Below, in pieces: positions 1-8,109 of a stretch of DNA of 64,000 bases. The notes beneath the pieces were generated by a model. That model ran no database searches and was not told the origin of the DNA. It worked only from the letters and a program-made list of their open reading frames with translations. The DNA lies in NCBI GenBank assembly GCA_964383635.1, contig CAYLIG010000004.1:10814-74813 (forward strand), given 5' to 3'. Made by a program: the position numbers and the translations under genes. The first letter of the stretch is position 1; each line of letters starts with the position of its first letter. This DNA comes from an uncultured Christensenella sp. (lineage in GTDB: Bacteria; Bacillota; Clostridia; Christensenellales; CAG-138).

Positions 1-638
1 TCCAGATCCGGGCGCGCCGCGCATGGCGCGCTCGTCATCACGGGCATGCTCTGCTGGAGCGCCCAGCCGCGCTCCCTGTCCGCATCCCGACGAAACAGCT
101 TCATAAGGCGCACGTCGCGCTCTTCGATATATGCGGCGATCGACTTGTACAATCGCTCGCTCAGGCGATAGGAATCCGCGTCGAACACGACCAGAAACAC
201 ATCCATGTCGTGCTCAAACAAAAACGATCCGATCGCCGCAATCGCAACGGAAAGCGCCTGATCCTTGGGATAGCCGTAGATGCCGGACGAAATCAGCGGA
301 AACGCGACCGACTCCAGCCCGTTTTCCAGCGCCAGCTTTAAAGAGTTGATATAGCAGGAGCGAAGCAGCGCCTCTTCGCCGCAGCTGCCGCCCTGCCAGA
401 CCGGGCCGACGGTATGGATGATGTGCTTTGCCGGCAGGCGGAATCCGTCCGTCATGACTGCTCTGCCAACATCGCACCCGCCGATGCGCTCGCAAGCCGC
501 CTGCAGCTTCGCCGCCCCCGCGGCGGCAAAGATTGCGCCGCAAACGCCGCCGCCCTCCAGCAGCCGGACGTTGGCCGCGTTGACGATAGCGTCGACATGC
601 ATTCTGGTGATGTCGTTTCGAACGATTTCCAGCGGCAA
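1..638 (-). CDS. Macro-domain protein (ADP-ribose binding / O-acetyl-ADP-ribose deacetylase-like); C-terminus lies beyond window start
   Basis: Partial, so absent from the ORF track. Minus-strand translation from TTG 638 (AAGGAG 8 nt upstream) gives LPLEIVRNDITRMHVDAIVNAANVRLLEGGGVCGAIF...HIIHTVGPVW...VAFPLISSGIYGYP, the classic macro-domain motifs. The frame stays open to position 1. Confidence 0.8.
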   Translation of the reverse strand, partial: MPLEIVRNDITRMHVDAIVNAANVRLLEGGGVCGAIFAAAGAAKLQAACERIGGCDVGRAVMTDGFRLPAKHIIHTVGPVWQGGSCGEEALLRSCYINSLKLALENGLESVAFPLISSGIYGYPKDQALSVAIAAIGSFLFEHDMDVFLVVFDADSYRLSERLYKSIAAYIEERDVRLMKLFRRDADRERGWALQQSMPVMTSAPCAARPDL

Positions 639-675
639 AGCAATCACTCCTTATTTAGAAATTGTTCTTTTGCAT

Positions 676-2316
676 TTATTCCTGTCGATAGACCGGTTTT
701 CCGTTTATGTAAGTCTGCAGGACGCGTATATTCTTCAGATCGGCTGTATCGATTGAAAACGGATCCCGATCGATTACGATGAAGTCCGCGCACTTTCCCG
801 GCTCCAGCGTCCCCCGATCGTTCAGACGAAACTGCATTGCCGCATGTCGGGTCAGAGCGAGCAGTCCTTCGTATACACAGACGCACTCATCCGCGCCAAG
901 CGGTGCGCCGTCCTCATCCAGCCGCGCGACCGCGCTCCAGAGCAGCAGCCAGGGATCGACCGCCGTCACAGGAGAATCGCTGTGAATTGTGCAGGGAATG
1001 CCGAGCTTTCTAGCAGATGCAATCGGGTTCATGCGCGCCGCGCGCGCTTCACCGAGATAGACGCTTCTGTGGTGCTTCCCCCAGATATACGTATGAATCG
1101 GAAAAAAGGACGGTGTAAGTTCAAGGCCGCGAATCTGCTCCAGCTGATCGGCACCCGCCGTCTGGCAATGGATCACGATATTGTGCAGGTTCGAATCGGT
1201 GCGATGCTTCCGCTCTGCGTCGAGCACGAGCTGGATCGCCGCATCCCCGTTTGCGTGAACGGCATACTGCAGATTCGCGCGGTGCAGCCGCTCTACAGTT
1301 TTTTCGTAGTCCGATTCGGAAACCGTCAGATACCCGCGGTAGTCGGCGCTTTTCGTGCGCGTTTTGTGCTGTTTGTAATACGGCTCCCGAAGATAGGCGG
1401 TATAGCCTTGAATCGATCCGTCCGTGAAGAGTTTCACCGGGCCAAGCGTTACGAGCCCGCGCGGATCGCAGCGCTTTCCCTGCCTGCGGCTTGGAATGGG
1501 CGGCATACCGTTTGCGGCCGGCATCAGGTTGACGACGAGCTTGCCCTTAAGTTTTCCCAATAGCGACGCGACGAAGAACAACGCCAGCTGCGGCTTTGCC
1601 GCCGCGCCCTCGTTTGCCGTCGTATATCCTTGCCTTAAATACAGCATGGAGCCGGTTTTGAGAATTTGAAACAGCTTGTTTTTCAGAATCAGCGGCAGGG
1701 CAACCGCTCGATTGACGCGGTTGATCACGAGCCCTTCTTCCAATACGCCGGTAAAGCGCCCGCTTTCATCGCGATAAGCAACGCCGCCGTCAGGCGGGGT
1801 ATATCCTTCCTTGATGCCGGAGAGTTCCAGCGCCTTTGAGTTCACGCTCATCAGATGGAAGCTTTGATGGATTACCACGACGGGCTTATCCGCAGAAACC
1901 TCGTCCAGTTCGTCCCGTGTCGGAAAGCGGTACTCCGCGATCTTGGTGTCGTCAAACCCGTGCCCAATCACCGCCGCGGGGTTATACGCTTCGTTATGTG
2001 CCTTGAGCAGACGAACGATGTCCGCAACGGACGACACGCCTCCCGTCGGCGCGGAATATAGTCCGACAAACAGCGCGTCTGCAATCGCCTGCACCGTGAA
2101 GTGGCTATGCGCATCAATCAACCCCGGCAATACGGTTTTTCCATGAAGATCGATTTTATGGCAGGCGGGGAAACGACGCTCCAGTTCGCTCTGCGCGCCT
2201 ATGGCGCGGATTTTACCGCGCGAAACGACCAACGCTTCCGCGAATTCCGGCCGGTCGCCGGCCATGGAATATACCCGCGCATTGAAATAGAGTATATTGC
2301 TTTTGTCAGTTCGCAC
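676..2316 (-). CDS. Amidohydrolase-family metal-dependent hydrolase (YtcJ / Amidohydro_3-like)
   Basis: 546-aa ORF. LPGLIDAHSHF (HxH metal site), internal HANGD and a C-terminal ADFIVIDRDP-type ending are typical of this fold. It overlaps the upstream transporter gene by 11 nt. Confidence 0.8.
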   Translation of the reverse strand: MRTDKSNILYFNARVYSMAGDRPEFAEALVVSRGKIRAIGAQSELERRFPACHKIDLHGKTVLPGLIDAHSHFTVQAIADALFVGLYSAPTGGVSSVADIVRLLKAHNEAYNPAAVIGHGFDDTKIAEYRFPTRDELDEVSADKPVVVIHQSFHLMSVNSKALELSGIKEGYTPPDGGVAYRDESGRFTGVLEEGLVINRVNRAVALPLILKNKLFQILKTGSMLYLRQGYTTANEGAAAKPQLALFFVASLLGKLKGKLVVNLMPAANGMPPIPSRRQGKRCDPRGLVTLGPVKLFTDGSIQGYTAYLREPYYKQHKTRTKSADYRGYLTVSESDYEKTVERLHRANLQYAVHANGDAAIQLVLDAERKHRTDSNLHNIVIHCQTAGADQLEQIRGLELTPSFFPIHTYIWGKHHRSVYLGEARAARMNPIASARKLGIPCTIHSDSPVTAVDPWLLLWSAVARLDEDGAPLGADECVCVYEGLLALTRHAAMQFRLNDRGTLEPGKCADFIVIDRDPFSIDTADLKNIRVLQTYINGKPVYRQE

Positions 2317-3655
2317 GTTTCTTCCCCCAGAGCTTCAGAACTTTCAACAAAACGAGGAACACCGGCACACTTGCGGCAAGGATTCCGATCCAGAGCCGGA
2401 AGTTTGTAACCGGCATGGCGATCTGCGAAAGCACGACCAGAATACCGACAAACAGGTTGAGAATGTTCCACCAGATCATTTCGCCGGCGACGGGCGTTTT
2501 GAATTGCGGATCCACCATGCGCAGGAGAATCAGACCCGTCGCGGCGGTACCGGTCACAATGCCAAACTCCGCCAGAAAACGCTCGTCCTCATATGCGCCG
2601 CTGCGCCGCGCAAAATATCGCACAATGAAAAATGTCGCAGCACAAATGATCGCGATGTTGATCAGCATTGCGCCAAGCCCGGAAAAGATAAGTTTCAGGT
2701 TGATTGCCAGCATGGACGAAACGGTCAGAACATCGATCAGAAAACCCGTAATGCTGCCCTGCACACCGGGGTCGACAATATAGGTAAATTTTGTCTTCCG
2801 AAGTATTGCCCGAATAATGAAGGAAAACAGGATTCCCCAGACGAACATATTGCCGAATATGAGCGTTTGATTGGACGCGCCTTTGAGCAAAAAACGCGAC
2901 AACACTTCGGCAAACCCATAGGCCAGTAAGTACGTCACCCCGAGCAGCGCAAAATGCAGCGTCAGCGTGTCCAGATTCGCATGATGCGTGGTTTGATACC
3001 CAAGCGGCGATTTTTCTTCCGCCTCGATCAGGCCGGATTCGAGATCCGTTGTTTCCTCCCGCGTCGCGGGGTGTTCTCCGGACGCTAACCGCCGTTTGAG
3101 CAGCCGTTTTGCATATGGCACACCGAAGATAAACGCGAAAACAAATCCCGTCGCCGCATAAAACAGGCCGTATTGCACCGCGTTCTCCACGCCGAACCCT
3201 TCCCAGATGGTGCCGATCGCAACCGCCTGCCCGGGACCCTGCGCAAACCCGTGCGCAATCATGCCGCCCAGCGCGGGCAGCAGTCCCGCCCCCGTTGCAG
3301 CGTCGTAACCAAGGAACACCATGGACCCGAGCAGCGCCTGAACGCTGATCATCAGCCCGAACATGAGCGCGAGCCATAGCCCTCCTTTGAAGACGCTTTG
3401 ATTGTCCCGCTTTGGGGCGTTGATCCCCATATAGGTGATGGAGATAAAGCTCAGCGTAAAGAGATGGAACGTGATACGCTCATAAATCGCATAATCGAGA
3501 TCGAGCACGCCGGAGTTCATCAGAGAAAATCCAAGTATACCGGCAATAATCGGCGCCGGAATCAGCGTTTTCCGAATCAACGGCAGTTTCCGCAGCAGCA
3601 CGCCGAGAAAGATCAGCGAAAATAACACGGCGGGTATCGCAAAGTCCTGAAGCAT
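2306..3655 (-). CDS. Polytopic membrane transporter, GltS-like sodium/glutamate symporter family (tentative)
   Basis: 449-aa hydrophobic ORF. The N-terminus (LRKLPLIRKTLIPAPIIAGILGF) and the size resemble GltS/ESS symporters. It is translationally overlapped with the amidohydrolase gene. Confidence 0.55.
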   Translation of the reverse strand: MLQDFAIPAVLFSLIFLGVLLRKLPLIRKTLIPAPIIAGILGFSLMNSGVLDLDYAIYERITFHLFTLSFISITYMGINAPKRDNQSVFKGGLWLALMFGLMISVQALLGSMVFLGYDAATGAGLLPALGGMIAHGFAQGPGQAVAIGTIWEGFGVENAVQYGLFYAATGFVFAFIFGVPYAKRLLKRRLASGEHPATREETTDLESGLIEAEEKSPLGYQTTHHANLDTLTLHFALLGVTYLLAYGFAEVLSRFLLKGASNQTLIFGNMFVWGILFSFIIRAILRKTKFTYIVDPGVQGSITGFLIDVLTVSSMLAINLKLIFSGLGAMLINIAIICAATFFIVRYFARRSGAYEDERFLAEFGIVTGTAATGLILLRMVDPQFKTPVAGEMIWWNILNLFVGILVVLSQIAMPVTNFRLWIGILAASVPVFLVLLKVLKLWGKKRAN

Positions 3656-3716
3656 TCCGTCCTCCTGATGTTCAGATCGGCAATCGGCTCAACGCGCGCA
3701 GGGTCGGGCGCGGCGC

Positions 3717-4604
3717 TTATTCGATGTGTTCTGTCGGTATCCGGGACAAATCCAGCATGTTCCCCAGTCTGCGGTTCCATTCGTGCGGAACGAATCGCGT
3801 ATATCCGCTCATCGGATACAGCGTGATTTCTCCAAACACAATCCGATCCGGCAGCAGATATAAATCGACGCGCGCAAACGGCAGGTCGCGGCTCAACCGG
3901 CGGGAGAGTTCCAGCATCTCCGTCAGGCGCTCCGGCTTTGGTTCATCCGTATCGCTGCACTCGGACACGAAGCGCGTTATCGGGAGCCGGTTCCACGCCG
4001 TGTCATAGTAGTTCTGCCGATGCGTTTCAAAGCGCGAAAAGTCGACCTGAATCATATACGGTTCGCCGCCAAAGCAGAAAATCTTAAAATCCTTCGGGAT
4101 CTTCCCTTCGGCATCCAGCAGATACTCCTCGCAGACGATGCGCGGTTCTATACCAAGATAGCACCATTCGTACGCAAGCTGTCCGTAGTCGCTGCTTAGC
4201 CAGGTGTTCATGCGCGCCGCCGCGTCCACGCGGTCCAGCTTGGATTTATCCTCGCAGATGATGTTCCAGCCGCTGCCATGGTTGGCTTTCAGCACAAAGC
4301 GTTCCGGCAGGGCGGCATAGTCAATTTCTTCCGTCGACTTGTATTCGCCGTAATAGTTGCTTAAATATTGCTCTCCGCCGCGCCCGGCAACCAATTCGCG
4401 CACGCGGCTTTTGTCCGCAAGCACGTGTGCCAAAGGGTTTCGATAGTGCAGCTTCAGCCAGATGATTTTGTCCTGAAATGTCTTTGGGTGTTTCAGCCGC
4501 GGCCAGAACCCGCTGTGCCGCAGACAAAGCGCCGCTTCGCGCGCTTCTCTGCCAAACACCCGAAACAGTGCTTCCTTGATCGTCTTTGCCGTGTGTCGCC
4601 GCAT
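3717..4604 (-). CDS. ATP-grasp fold amidoligase family protein (TupA-like)
   Basis: 295 aa. KHPKTFQDKIIWLKLHY, VLADKSRVRELV and FVLKANHGSGWNII match the TupA-like ATP-grasp pattern. Confidence 0.7.
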   Translation of the reverse strand: MRRHTAKTIKEALFRVFGREAREAALCLRHSGFWPRLKHPKTFQDKIIWLKLHYRNPLAHVLADKSRVRELVAGRGGEQYLSNYYGEYKSTEEIDYAALPERFVLKANHGSGWNIICEDKSKLDRVDAAARMNTWLSSDYGQLAYEWCYLGIEPRIVCEEYLLDAEGKIPKDFKIFCFGGEPYMIQVDFSRFETHRQNYYDTAWNRLPITRFVSECSDTDEPKPERLTEMLELSRRLSRDLPFARVDLYLLPDRIVFGEITLYPMSGYTRFVPHEWNRRLGNMLDLSRIPTEHIE

Positions 4605-5083
4605 GTGTCAACTGTCCTTCGAAAATTTTCCCCGCGCGTGCCCGAAGGCAAAACAAAAGCGGGGCATCTGCCGAATCTCGAGCATATGTCCCGCCTGAAG
4701 CGTCTGTTTATTATAAATGTAACCCTCACGTGGAACGCATATGCCTTTGGGTATTTTATCATATGCGGCGGTTATTTGAAAGGAAGGGCTTGAGGGAGTT
4801 GAAACAGGAAAAAACGTTTTATAACGTTATGCAACATCAGAAAACGCAAACTTTATGCAAGGTTCTTTATTTAACGCTCGTGTCACGAACAAACAAAATG
4901 CCCAATCCATCCCCCTGATCGACAATAATTGTGTTATAATCTTACCACCTGATGCGGTTTTTATAAAGTTTATACTTTAGTTTTTACCAGATGTTTCAAC
5001 AGATACAAGTTCATAAGAACTTTGGTTTTGTATCGAAATGGTTCATTTTGTATTATTAAAACGGGAAAAGGAAGGAAAAACGA

Positions 5084-6343
5084 ATGAAAGCAAGACGACT
5101 TATTGCAATGATTTTCGTTATTTTCATGCTAACCGCCGGCTGTAGCAGCCTTATTCCAGCGCCGGCTTCCGAACCGGTGTCGACGCCTGAACCGGTGCCA
5201 ACGCTCGAACCAACACTGTCGCCGGTGCCAACGTTGAGCCCCGAAGAAGAGGCTGCCGAGCAGGCACGAATTGAGGCGGAACTTGCGGCGCAAGCTCACC
5301 TGGAAAAAGCGCAGCGGGTGAAAGATATCAAGATCGTTTTTCTGGTCCCCGGAACCCTGGATAATCCCTTGTACAACGCAGTGTATTTGGGGTTAAAGAA
5401 AGTTGAGTCAGAGTACGGTCCGACAATTTCATGTGTTGAGATGGGCAACAAGCCAAACGGGTGGAAGGCACCGTTTTTGAGTGCACTGGAAGAAGACTGG
5501 GACTTAATCATTACACTGGACGATTTTATAAATGACAAAACTACGAGGGTCATGACAGATCTGATCGACACGAATGCGCCTTTACATCCGGAAAAGAATA
5601 TCATCTTTTTGTGGGGGGTTAGCGAACGCATTCCTTCAAACGTTGTAAAGATTAACTACAATTTAAATGATGCGACATTCCTTGCGGGCGCGTGTGCCGC
5701 TCTGGTAACGGCATCGGGAATGGAGCTGGCGAATGAACAACAGCTGATCGGGTTCATTGGCGGCATGGATTTCTATCCGATCACAAATCTGTATCTGCTT
5801 GGCTATATTGAAGGTGCAAAATATATCAATGAAGATATTAAAATCATGATCGCTTTTTCGAATGATTTTAATAATAAGAGTTTGGGAGAGCGGGATGCGG
5901 TAACCCAATACTCAAATGGCGTTGATGTTATTTTCCAAGCAGCAGGTCAAACAGGCTATGGTGTCATTAACGGCGCACAAGCAGCCGACCGATATGTGAT
6001 TGGTGTTGATATCGATCAGGCGCAAGAACTGGAACCGGATTCCCCCGAGAAGGCAGCCCATATTTTAACTTCAGTTGTGAAACAGTATGACGGGGCGGTA
6101 TTTTGGGCCATCGATCAATATGCAGCGGGTACATTGGAGTTTGGCAGAGAGTATTACCTGGGTATCGCCGAGAATGCGGTTGGCATCGTGAAAAACAGCT
6201 ACTATAACCAGCTTGATCCGGAAATCATAGCAAAACTGACCGATATAGAGGAAAAAATTGCATCGAAAGAAATCAATCTTGACGACTTAAGAAATATGGA
6301 CAATGAATTAGTTCGAGAGCTGCTTCAATCAGTAGCACCGTAA
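5084..6343 (+). CDS. BMP-family (PnrA-like) ABC substrate-binding lipoprotein, orphan
   Basis: 419 aa. Signal peptide with lipobox LTAGC, a Pro/Glu/Thr-rich linker, then FIGGMDF, VIFQAAGQTGYGV and VIGVDIDQ, typical of basic-membrane-protein SBPs. AAGGAAGG RBS. GC is visibly lower than in the flanking genes. No permease or ATPase gene is adjacent. Confidence 0.8.
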   Translation: MKARRLIAMIFVIFMLTAGCSSLIPAPASEPVSTPEPVPTLEPTLSPVPTLSPEEEAAEQARIEAELAAQAHLEKAQRVKDIKIVFLVPGTLDNPLYNAVYLGLKKVESEYGPTISCVEMGNKPNGWKAPFLSALEEDWDLIITLDDFINDKTTRVMTDLIDTNAPLHPEKNIIFLWGVSERIPSNVVKINYNLNDATFLAGACAALVTASGMELANEQQLIGFIGGMDFYPITNLYLLGYIEGAKYINEDIKIMIAFSNDFNNKSLGERDAVTQYSNGVDVIFQAAGQTGYGVINGAQAADRYVIGVDIDQAQELEPDSPEKAAHILTSVVKQYDGAVFWAIDQYAAGTLEFGREYYLGIAENAVGIVKNSYYNQLDPEIIAKLTDIEEKIASKEINLDDLRNMDNELVRELLQSVAP

Positions 6344-6486
6344 CCTATACTACCGTTTTGCCCCAACAGTAGTATAGATTGAATGAATAAAATCAGCGTT
6401 CATGCCCGCCTAAACACATTGTTTTCAAGGTTACTATGCCAGATTCGTGGCGGGCCATATAAAACGAGTTCAAGCTGAATATAAAG

Positions 6487-6522
6487 AAAAAGCCCGCAAA
6501 CAAAATGTTTACGGGCTTTTTT
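6487..6522 (+). terminator. Intrinsic terminator-like hairpin (AAAGCCCG...CGGGCTTTTTT)
   Basis: The stem AAAGCCCGCAAAC / GTTTACGGGCTTT is followed by a T-run. Its flanks are nearly identical to those of the terminator next to tRNA-Met at 7770-7796. Confidence 0.6.
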
Positions 6523-6590
6523 GTGGCAAAAAATGCTAATTCTGATAGAAATGCACCCCCCTGGGTTTAGGGGTGCAGAGTCAACAATCC

Positions 6591-6746
6591 TACGCGTCTA
6601 TCCTCTACCGTGCAGGGGCGGATGTTTTAACCGCGCAACAGTACCTCAGATACGCCGATCCTGCGACAACGCTGCGAATTTTTACACACCTCGCGGATGA
6701 AACGCAGATCAAGGACGCGGAGAGAGTGAGAAAGGCGTTTTCATAA
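6591..6746 (+). pseudogene. Tyrosine recombinase (phage-type integrase) C-terminal fragment
   Basis: In-frame translation gives YASILYRAGADVLTAQQYLRYADPATTLRIFTHLADETQIKDAERVRKAFS*. This is the LGH-x-TT-x-YTH catalytic-Tyr region with H replaced by Y/R. An in-frame TAG at 6546-6548 cuts off everything upstream, so only about 50 codons remain. Confidence 0.7.
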
Positions 6747-6838
6747 ATAGTAAAAACTAAATGTAGTTACAAAATTCTAAGATTTTAATCTAATTAGGTC
6801 GCACAGATTGATCCTTGATAGTTGGCTTAACCATCAAT

Positions 6839-7330
6839 TTATATCTGCGAATTGTCTTGACTTAATTGATACTCATCAAAATTGATTCTATCGTCAGATA
6901 TTCTTATTCTGCCTTGAGTGGATTTTAATACTCGATTTTTAAGTAATTTGTATCCATCGAGACCTTCTATTTGTTTGATATAGGCAACTCGCCCTGCAAT
7001 TATTTTCTCTTGATAGAATTTATCTTCTCGAGATAATTTTTCTGAATCTTTTATGTATTTAAGTAGCAACGTTGCTGTATCATATATATATTTTTTTCCG
7101 ACAGTGATAATATTTTTATCTTTCGTTTTGACTATATTCACGCCTAATAATTTAACGTGATCGCCAGTATTAGCAAGTACAGTAAATTTCGTTTTTTTTG
7201 TGTTGATTTGCAGTTTCATTTTCGCTAGTTCATCACTTACCAAATCAACAATAAACTGAAAAGTGGATTCCGCGATCTCTGAAGAGCACGAAAAAAACAT
7301 GTCGTCTGCATAACGAGTAAAAATAATATC
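6839..7330 (-). pseudogene. Reverse transcriptase C-terminal fragment (retron/Abi-like, YADD box onward)
   Basis: The minus-strand frame reads DIIFTRYADDMFFSCS..KLQINTKKTKF..HVKLLGVNIV.., which is RT motif 5 (YADD) plus the thumb-like region. An in-frame TAG (7331-7333) lies immediately upstream and no other frame encodes RT motifs 1-4. The segment is AT-rich. Confidence 0.75.
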
Positions 7331-7351
7331 CTAATATTTATTTGTGGAAGT

Positions 7352-7420
7352 ACCAATATATTACCATATTTACATTTTTATAGAACAATAATAAATGTGC
7401 TGATGGTAATATTATTTGGT
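7352..7420. repeat. AT-rich imperfect inverted repeat (10+5 bp stem, 35-nt loop) just upstream of the RT fragment
   Basis: ACCAATATATTACCAT (7352-7367) pairs with ATGGTAATATTATTTGGT (7403-7420). Confidence 0.6.
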
Positions 7421-7698
7421 TATTATAATATTCGTGATATTGTTTCAGGCTATTTAGTAAATAGCTAATCCTCACTATAGATATATCAAATCATGTGAAA
7501 AGCGCTTCTGCTTATCAGCATTCGATAATAAATTTCCTTCTAATAGAAAATAAATGAACACCTTATTTGAGTTACGCATTCTCGGCCTAGCCCATTTGGC
7601 TTCAATGCTTCGCCTATATGCGCACTTTGCTGGCAACATTGATAAAGGAAGAAAAAACAAAATAATCCCTATAATTGATTTAAATCCGCTTTAATCCG

Positions 7699-7729
7699 GG
7701 CAAGAAATTGGCAAGAAAGGGGCAAGAAA
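7699..7729. repeat. Three direct GGCAAGAAA repeats with 11-nt period
   Basis: GGCAAGAAA occurs at 7699-7707, 7710-7718 and 7721-7729, about 40 nt from the terminator and 3-prime end of tRNA-Met. Confidence 0.7.
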
Positions 7730-7769
7730 ACCCGCATTATCGTACGTGATCGTACGAGCTATGAAATAG

Positions 7770-7796
7770 AAAAAAGCCCGTAAATCGGGCTTTTTT
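7770..7796 (-). terminator. Intrinsic terminator of tRNA-Met
   Basis: AAAAAAGCCCG-ATTTA-CGGGCTTTTTT (minus strand) lies directly after the CCA end. Confidence 0.8.
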
Positions 7797-7872
7797 GGTA
7801 GCGGCGATCTGATTCGAACAGATGACACTCCGGGTATGAACCGAATGCTCTAGCCAGCTGAGCTACGCCGCC
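7796..7872 (-). tRNA. tRNA-Met (anticodon CAT), elongator-like, CCA encoded
   Basis: The reverse complement is GGCGGCGTAGCTCAGCTGGCTAGAGCATTCGGTTCATACCCGGAGTGTCATCTGTTCGAATCAGATCGCCGCTACCA. It folds as a 77-nt cloverleaf (7/4/5/5-bp stems, TTCGAAT T-loop, anticodon loop TTCATAC). It closely resembles Bacillus elongator tRNA-Met. A CAT-anticodon tRNA-Ile2 cannot be excluded. Confidence 0.93.
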
Positions 7873-7912
7873 ATATGCTGTTTTATTGCCGATTTTCGGC
7901 GGCACATGGTGT

Positions 7913-7941
7913 ATTATAACCGTCGTCCATCCCGCTGTCAA
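7913..7941 (-). promoter_or_regulatory. Consensus sigma-A promoter for tRNA-Met
   Basis: The minus strand reads TTGACA-17 nt-TATAAT, about 40 nt upstream of the mature tRNA 5-prime end. Confidence 0.75.
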
Positions 7942-8109
7942 GACAAAGATATCCTATATAGAACAGGCGATCCTGCGGCAGTTTTGTCCACAATCCTGCG
8001 GTTTCGTCTTTTCTTGACACGAATAGCATGGTACAATCTATTGACTGATTTTTACCTTTGCGATATCCGCGCTGAAAAACGTACGGTTACCCCGCCCAAG
8101 GAGGACACA

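Larger units (their letters stand above)
6487..7796. mobile_element. Candidate remnant of a tRNA-Met-integrated element (decayed integrase + RT fragments between terminator/tRNA-3-prime-like direct repeats)
   Basis: The segment has low GC and holds two gene fragments. It is flanked by CGGGCTTTTTTG-containing hairpins. The distal copy is followed by CTAATTCTGATAGA, which resembles the tRNA T-arm sequence CTGATTCGAACAGA. Confidence 0.4.

Noticed and set aside
4759-4780. ATATGCGGCGGTTATTTGAA at the left GC-content boundary, as a possible distal copy of the tRNA-Met 3-prime end.
   Set aside because: Only GCGGCG plus scattered bases match, which is too weak. The 6487-6556 repeat is a better, though still tentative, candidate.
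7475-7660. A 61-aa minus-strand ORF (TTG start), with an alternative 46-aa plus-strand ORF at 7555-7695, inside the low-GC remnant.
   Set aside because: I recognise no motif in either frame and neither has an RBS. They are probably further gene debris, and I cannot say of what.
7981-7990. A single near-consensus DnaA box (TTGTCCACA) upstream of the aconitase gene.
   Set aside because: It is an isolated 1-mismatch 9-mer, which is expected by chance.
7906-8109. An N-terminal 68-codon extension of the aconitase ORF as listed in the track.
   Set aside because: It would overlap the tRNA-Met promoter and has no RBS. ATG 8110 has AAGGAGGA upstream, and the homologous sequence starts there.
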